From the NCBI GenBank assembly GCA_964016885.1, contig OZ024740.1, positions 303,614,001 to 303,678,000 of the forward strand: 64,000 nucleotides of DNA, written 5' to 3'. This DNA comes from Eledone cirrhosa. Lineage: Eukaryota. The notes below the pieces were generated by a model. The model saw nothing but the letters and a program-made list of their open reading frames with translations. It did not search any database and was not told where the DNA came from. Both the position numbers and the translations under genes were made by a program. Below, piece after piece: positions 56,741-64,000 of this stretch (its first letter is position 1; each line of letters begins with the position of its first letter).

Positions 56741-59700
56741 ATATTTCTTTTATTTGCCACTAGGGCATCAAAAGTGGGACAAGTACAAAGGGGGGAGTTT
56801 ACACAAAAAGGCGTCCTCAATAAGGAGAAGGCAATAACAAAATATAAAAATAAAATAAGATATAACAAAAAATAAAATTTTTAACAAAATCCTCAATAGA
56901 GAGGAGGCGCCTTGGGGGGTCGCACACACCCCCGAAAAAAGTGTGCAACCCTTCTCCTCAGGAGCACAGAGAAGGGGTGCTCCCTTGGTCTTTCATCTTC
57001 CTCACCTATAGTCTGATGTAGAGTGAAGGCCCATTCACACGGGCCATTCTCGCCACTTTCACCCATCTTTCATAGAAACGGCTGGGGTGCAGCACCTCTC
57101 TCTCCATCCTGATCCTTCTTCCGAAATGATATCGGAAGAAACGGACCAGTTGTTGGCCAGAGAGAAAGGTGCCCGACCTCAGTCCTTTCAGACGCGTCCA
57201 CCATACAACCTCTTTCGCCATGGCTATTACGCACAGAAACACCGCCTCTGCTTCATCTTTGAAGGGGGGAGGCGGCTTGATCATTACAATAGACTCGGTG
57301 GTCAACCGGATCGGTCCCACCCTTGACAGCAGTTGTTCGACATAGCCCCACAGATCGGCTACGCCCGAGCAGTGTACTAATGCGTGTGCAACGGTTTCCT
57401 CGTCGCACACGCATCTGGGACAGATCTTTTTGGCGGGGTCCCTACCCGGGCGCCCGTGTCTGTAGAGCCTTTCTCGAACGGGTAAAGCCCCTCGGTAGCA
57501 CTGCCAGGCCAGGGACTTCTGGAAGTTGTCCATAGGTCCCGGGCTGAATGTCCTACCGAACAGGCTGGCCAGTTCGTCCTCCTCCATGTCTAGGGCTTCT
57601 CCGGGGGCGTCGTCGCACCTGCTGCATACCAGCCCTCTATAGAATGTTGCGGTGGAGTCTCCACTGATAACCGGATCCGCCTGCCAGAGGGCGGTGAGCG
57701 CCTGGGCACACTCAGTGTGCCAGGCGCCCAGTTTTCTCGGTCTTTGCTTGACCCAGGATTGCAGCTCGGTGAGTGAGACGAGTCTGGGAAAGGTTCGTCT
57801 CACAAACGAGGCCCACACCGGTTGTCCGGTGAGGAATACGTAGAGGTGCCGTAGCCTTAATGCGTGTTTACGCATCATTAGCCACGGCATCCCCAGCCCT
57901 CCTTTCGAAGGGTGTTGACAGCAGATGGATCTCCTCACCATAGGAGCCCGCCTCTTCCAAAGGAATTGGAAGAGCGCGCGCTCCATCTTGGTGAGGGTTT
58001 CCCTTGGGCAGGGCACTACGGTCAGGCGGTAGTAGATGACGGACGCTATGTAGGTGTTCGCCACCTCCGCCCGACCTTTCAGGGATAGTTTGCAACTGGC
58101 CCACTTCTGGGTCAGCGCAAACACCCTGTTCGTAACCTCCGCCCAGTTTTTCTCCACCTGGAGGTCCGGTCCGAACCAGACCCCGAGCAACTTCACCGGG
58201 CCCTCCGTCCAGCGTCCGACGACGCTATCGGAGGGCATCGGTCTGCCCCTCCACGTGCCGAGTTGCAAACCGATCGACTTGTCCCGGTTCAGCTTAGCCC
58301 CTGTGAACTTTTCGTACTCCTCCAGTAAGGTGCCGACCGCCTCGATTTCGGAGGCCGTCGACACCATTACTGTCACGTCATCGGCGTAGGCCGACACCGC
58401 TTTCCGCAATCCCGGTTCCAAAGGGATGCCCTGCAACAACTCCAACTTCCGCAGTAGTGGTTCGAGAGTCAACACATACAGAAGGGAGGAGAGAGGGCAC
58501 CCTTGTCGGATGGACCGCGCGATTTTGAACGGCTCCGAGAGGTAGCCGTTCACCTTGACCCTAGAGCAGATGCGGCTGCTGTGCATAGCAGTGATCCAGC
58601 CCCTGAAAACGGGTCCGAAGCCTGCCGCCGCTAGCACCGCATCCAGGTAACCATGGTCGACCCTATCGAACGCCTTAGATTGATCCAAGTTGATCAGAGC
58701 CCCACCAAAGCCGGGTTCGTTCCCAACCCTCTCTATGATGTATCGCATGAGGTGGAGGTTGTCATGGATGGACCTGGACGGGATAGCGCATGTCTGCGCA
58801 TCTCCCACCAGGTTGCCCACGACAAGCGCCAACCTCTTTGCTAGCACCTTGGCCAAAATCTGTAACTCTGTATTTAGCAGTGTTATGGGCCTGAAGTTAC
58901 TTATTTCGTCCCCCTTGTTCTCGTCCTTCCTCACTAGCGTGACTACGCCCTTGGTCACAGTACAGGGAATTCTCCCGTTCTGTTGCCAGTTGCAGTAGAC
59001 CGCCTCGAGGAGATCGGGGAACAAGTCCGGCATAGCTAGATATAATTCGTAAGGAAGACCATCGAGACCCGGGGATTTGCGTTTGCCGCATTGGCTCAGC
59101 ACGTCCTCTATCTCAGCGGCCGAAATCGGCTCCTCGCAGGACTTCGCCTCCCTGTCCGAGAGGCGCGGCAGGCCGTCGAGGTATGGACCGAAGTCCACGT
59201 TCCCAACCGGCTCCCCGCCCCTCCCGAACAGTCGGGCAAAGTGCCTTTGAAAGGCCTCACACATCTGCTTAGGCTCAAGAATCGCCCGTCCATCCAGGTC
59301 TCGCAAAGACCGGATGGTGGATTTAGTTCCACTGTTGGCCTCTGTCACGCGGGCCCAGCTAACAGCTTTGGTCCCCTCGTTCCCTAGAGCACGTATTTTA
59401 CTTCGGACAACGCAGCCTTCGTGCTTCGCGTCGAAAAACTGGCTCAAAGCCGTTCTCGACGCTAGCACTCTGGCCACGTCGCCGCTTCTAATTGCCTCTT
59501 CTACTCTATCTATTAGCTCCCTTTCCTTCCTATTCCTATCCGCAGCTAGAACCTTACTAAATTCTATCGAGACTACTCTAATCTCTCTCTTTAGAGATAC
59601 CCACCACCTGCTGTTGACGATCGCTCCATATAATTCGTAAGGAAGACCATCGAGACCCGGGGATTTGCGTTTGCCGCATTGGCTCAGCACGTCCTCTATC

Positions 59701-59763
59701 TCAGCGGCCGAAATCGGCTCCTCGCAGGACTTCGCCTCCCTGTCCGAGAGGCGCGGCAGGCCG
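56741..59763 (-). mobile_element. 5'-truncated Tx1-like (L1 clade) non-LTR retrotransposon inserted in (GATA)n
   Basis: 894-aa uninterrupted ORF with KSPGLDGLP, FRPITLLN, LDQSKAFDRVDH, RQGCPLS and YADD, plus the C-terminal zinc knuckle CPRC...ETVAHALVHC. No endonuclease domain. GC-rich compared with the flanks, with GATA repeats on both sides. Confidence 0.93.
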
Positions 59764-62214
59764 ATAGATAGATAGATAGAGTTTATTCAGGCCGATCCAG
59801 CATAAAACTGTTAATCTCAGCTTTGATATCATGTAAATATTTCTTGCATTTGCCAATACTAATGAATGTCTATGACTTCAACAAGATTTTCCTTTTACTT
59901 ATCACAGCCAATGAAAGCCTGCCCCACAATATGTAGCATAATGACCAATCTTCAACTACACCAATCTCACGATATAGAACCCGAATACATTATTTTTTTA
60001 TTCATTTATTTAGAATTTTATACAGTTAATTCCAAAATCATTCTTTAAATTCTAAATATCAGTCTACTTATTTATCTATCGATTTATTCACTCAAACATT
60101 CATTTATGTATTATAAATGTATTGACCACCAAGTCAGTAAAGTTTTTGTTATTTATTATCCTATAAATCAAGTCACAGCATTAATATTAATATATTCCAT
60201 CTATTTACATATCTGTTTGTTGTCCTTTGAATTTGTTCAACGTTTTTATTCATTTTTCAAATATTTTTTTCTTTTCATTAATAATTCTATGAAAACTGCC
60301 TGCTATCATATATTTGTTGTTTTCAATCTATTTTTCTCCTTCTCTATATAAACACATACACACACTCTCCACCCAAACTTTGAAATCTAAAACTTAGCAA
60401 CCAGCCAACCGAGACACCACCCACACAATTGACCCCCACCCTTTCCTAATCAAACTTCACATGATCACAAAAATCTTTGAATTTAATACTTTAAGATGAA
60501 TTCTTGGGGCTACATCTTACTCTCGAGTCCCAAATAATGGGAGAAGGCAATAAGCAGAAGGGTGGAAAATCAATAATCTTTCTAGGTTGTCTCCATTGAT
60601 TTTTTTTTTAAAAACCAGAATTAGTCATTTAGTTTACATATTGAGACCCTAACCAATGCTATTTTTTTTATAACATTTGAGATTTCTTGTAATGTACTTT
60701 TTTGTCATGTATAATGTCTTTTAATGTCTAAAGAAAATCAATTGTCGCAGGAATGCTACCACTTAACCCTTTAGCATTCACATTACTCTATATATACTAT
60801 TGTATTTTCATGGTAAAAGCTTTACCTCACATATCTCACATAATATCGAATCTATGAGATTTTGAAAGTATTTATTTTGAAAGCAAAACCTTAACATCAG
60901 TTTCAGTGACCAGTTACAGCCAGTTTCAACAGAAAGAGGTAGAGAATTCTGGCCAGTTTGAACATTAAAGGGTTAAAATAAAATTTCGCTGGAGATACAT
61001 AAGCAAAATTTAATAAGCTGGGGGGGGGGGGGGGGGATAAACGTAGGAGAGGGAAGGGTGTTTGGAAAAAAATCTGAAAAATTAATAAGCAAGGGAGGAC
61101 AATTATTCAAGACCTGAGAGAACATACATAGCTCTTTGGCATAGTTTTGACAACTGGATGTCCTTATTGCCAACCATTTCACAGAATGTACAGCATACGT
61201 TTTATCATGGCACCAGCACTAGGGAATTTGTCATGTTCTTGTCACAATTGTTTGGAAGGTTTTCAATAGTTGAATGCCCTTCCAAACACCAACCACTTTA
61301 TAGAGTGTACTGGGGACATTTTGTAGTGGAACCAGCATTAGAGAGGTCATGTCTGGGATGTGACTGAAAAATCCTTTCAACTCTTTTTGACATGGTTTCT
61401 ATAGATGGATGCCCTTCCTAATGCCAATTACTTTATAGAGTGTAGTGAGTGCATTATATTGTGGCAACAGCATCCAGGGAGGGGCATGTTCAAAGGTAGC
61501 ATTGTTTGTGGGGGAGGATCAAGAAATCTAGATGACATGTGGGTGAGAGTAATATAAATATGAAATGGAGGGGTACATTGTTGATGGGAATAGTTACTAA
61601 AGAGCAATGGTGGAGTTACAGCAAAATACATGAAAAATAGGGTCAGGGCAAGGATATCACCCTGCTATGAATATATACATATGTATGTAAGTATATACAT
61701 GCATATATGTATGTATATATATATATATCATCATCATTGTTTAATGTCCATTTTCTACACTAGCATGGGTTAGACAGGTTGTCCTATTTGAGGTACTGTT
61801 TCTGGCTAGGATTCTATGGCTGGATGTCCTTCCTAACGCCAACCACATTTACAGTGTGTGCTGGATAGATAAATGTAAGAGTGGTGTAAACAAAAGTGGG
61901 TGGGGGTATAGTGGTTAAGAGGTGTCTACTAGGTGTATGTTTGAATCTGTGAACATGGGAAGGTGTGTCTTCTGTATATATATACATATGATAATAATAG
62001 TATTTATACTTATATATATGAACTATATACAATTATAAATACGAAAGGGTAGTATGTTGTACTACCTGATTACCAGTAAGAAAAATAGCTCAATGTAAAT
62101 TATCACATTTATTACAGAGCAGAAATACAAAATATAAAAGAGCAGAAATAAAACAATCAAATGTATTAAGCAAGAATTTGATTGTTTTATATTTTGTATA
62201 TATATATATATATA

Positions 62215-62751
62215 TGTAGCGAAATCTGCCCACGCCTTGGATGACACCTAAAGGTCAAACTCTAGGTCACCACCCTTTTGGTGTGAATGGGTTCATGCGT
62301 GGGCTATCCCCTCAAGGTGGGAAACAGAAAGTGACAGGTATATAAAGCCTGTATTTTCCCACCTTAGACACAGACAGATCGGAGCATTACGCCTACAACA
62401 AGCTATGTAAAGATTCACCACTACCTTCAGGCCCCAGTGGTCTACAGTCAATTACAGACCATTACTACCTCTCTCTCTCTCTCTTGGTCTCAGACAAAAC
62501 CAGACTCATGACGAGAACTACTACCACGGACTGCAAACACCAACAAACTTTATCTGGTCACTCACTGTTTTCACATCAACAACAAAATAACATTGTCAAC
62601 CTTTGCAACTCGTGGTAACTTGATTATTCTTCTTTTTGACTCAAGTGAAGTAAACCTTTATATATAAAGTAAATCATTTATTCTTGTTAAATCATCTAAC
62701 AATCATGTTAATCCATTTAACAAATTCTTACTAAAATAACCCTTCGTTATA
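62215..62751 (+). mobile_element. Probable solo LTR in (TA)n
   Basis: Termini TGTAGCGAA ... TTCGTTATA (imperfect inverted repeat), internal TATAAA, no ORF. Confidence 0.55.
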
Positions 62752-62760
62752 TATATATTA

Positions 62761-63100
62761 TGGAGGCACATGGCTTAGTGGTTCGAGCATTGGCCTTGCA
62801 ATCGAAAGGTTGTGAGTTCAATTCTCAGACCGGGTGATGTGTTGTTTCCTTGAGCAAGACACTTTATTTCACATTGCTCCAGTTTACTCAGCTGTAGAAA
62901 TGAGACTGGGGTCCCTATCATTCCACTGTAAAGTGATCGTGGAGGTGCCACGGCAAAAAAAGCACCCAGCACTCACTGTAAATGAGGTTGGTGTTAGGAA
63001 GGGCATCCAGCTGTAGAAATCAAGCCAGAATCAGTTCCCGTCCCACCCTTGCAAGCAGGGAAAAGTGGACGTAAAATGAAATGATGAAATGATAAATGAT
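62761..63100 (+). mobile_element. tRNA-derived SINE family B with an RTE-derived 3' tail; copies at about 30290-30628(-), 44215-44585(-), 52048-52390(+) and 55981-56145(+, partial)
   Basis: Head ggaggcacatggcttagtggtt...gagttcaattctc; 3' part matches the RTE 3' UTR at 6590-6720; (TGA)n tail. Confidence 0.85.
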
Positions 63101-63119
63101 ATATATGTATATATATATA

Positions 63120-64000
63120 TCATCATCATCATCATCATCATTTAACGTCCATCTTCCACGCTAGCATGGGTTAGACGGGAGTTGTCCCACTTGAGGCAAG
63201 GTTGGTCGAGTGACCATGTCTCGTTCATATAGGACTATCTGGCAGGTTTTCTACGGCTGAATGCCCTTCCTAACACCAACCACATTTACAGTGTGGAACT
63301 GGGAACTTTTTACTGTGTTACCTACATGGTCACATTACAACATGGACTGTGTGTTTTTTTGTTGTGGCACCTACACAATCTCGATCTCATTTATTTGGAC
63401 TGGATGTTGTGGTACCTACTTTACAGAGAGAGGGTGGTGTTAGTGGGAGTGGGAGGATAGGGTAGGGGTAGTGGATTGGGGTGTATATTTGGTTAAGAGG
63501 TACCTACTGACTGTAGGTTTTGCTTTGTACATAGGCAAGGCGGGTCTTCTGTATTACTGCGTAGCGCCAAAGATCTCGGTCCAGTGACATTGTCTTGGAG
63601 AGGTGTAAGTGTGTGAGGTCGGAATTTATCAGGTTTTTCTGGGTCTTCCTACTCCATAACTACCATTGATTTTGATCGCCCTGCACTTTTTTATGCAGCT
63701 GTCGTCTTTCATGCGCATCACGTGACCATACCAACGTAGTCTTCTCTCAAATAAACAGCATCTGATCCCTCTTATTCCTAATTTCTCACTTAGTTCATTT
63801 ATGCTTTGCCGTTCACGTATATTACTATTACACATCCAACGGAGCATGCATGCTTCGTTCCTTTTTAGTCTGCGCAGGTCCTCTGCACGTAATGCCCATG
63901 TCTCACTGCCATGTAGCATTGCTGTTCGTATACAGGCATCATACAATCTGCCTTTCATTCTTAGAGAGAAACCTTTTGTGGCTCACAGCGGTATAAGCTC
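63120..64000 (-). mobile_element. RTE LINE 3' part, related to 4081-6845 (runs off the window)
   Basis: ORF 63629-63958 closely matches the C-terminal part of the 774-aa ORF (MKGRLYDACIRTAMLHG...); (GAT)n tail at about 63120. Confidence 0.9.

Noticed and set aside
57087-59640. Several plus-strand ORFs overlapping the Tx1 ORF
   Set aside because: Antisense shadows of a GC-rich coding sequence with no recognisable motifs.

Overview
AT-rich, microsatellite-dense eukaryotic (animal) genomic DNA. The repeat landscape suggests a cephalopod/octopus-like mollusc, but that is inference. The only host gene I can support is on the minus strand: eight single-domain LDL-receptor class A (LDLa) exons between 49839 and 21568, all with canonical AG/GT sites in phase 1. 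They splice into about 375 aa that end at a stop right after the eighth repeat, with no EGF, beta-propeller or transmembrane segment. The 5' exon(s) were not found. The rest is mostly transposon-derived. It includes a 5'-truncated RTE LINE with an internal PHD-like finger plus fragments, and a young Tx1/L1-clade LINE with two older 3' ends, all in (GATA)n. There are four decayed Helitron segments with hairpin+CTAG ends, Penelope-like relics including two hammerhead-ribozyme folds, mariner, Gypsy, R4-type and solo-LTR remnants, TTAA- and TA-flanked MITEs, and many tRNA-derived SINEs. Most ORFs in the supplied track are microsatellite or repeat artefacts. Repeat boundaries were read by eye and are approximate.
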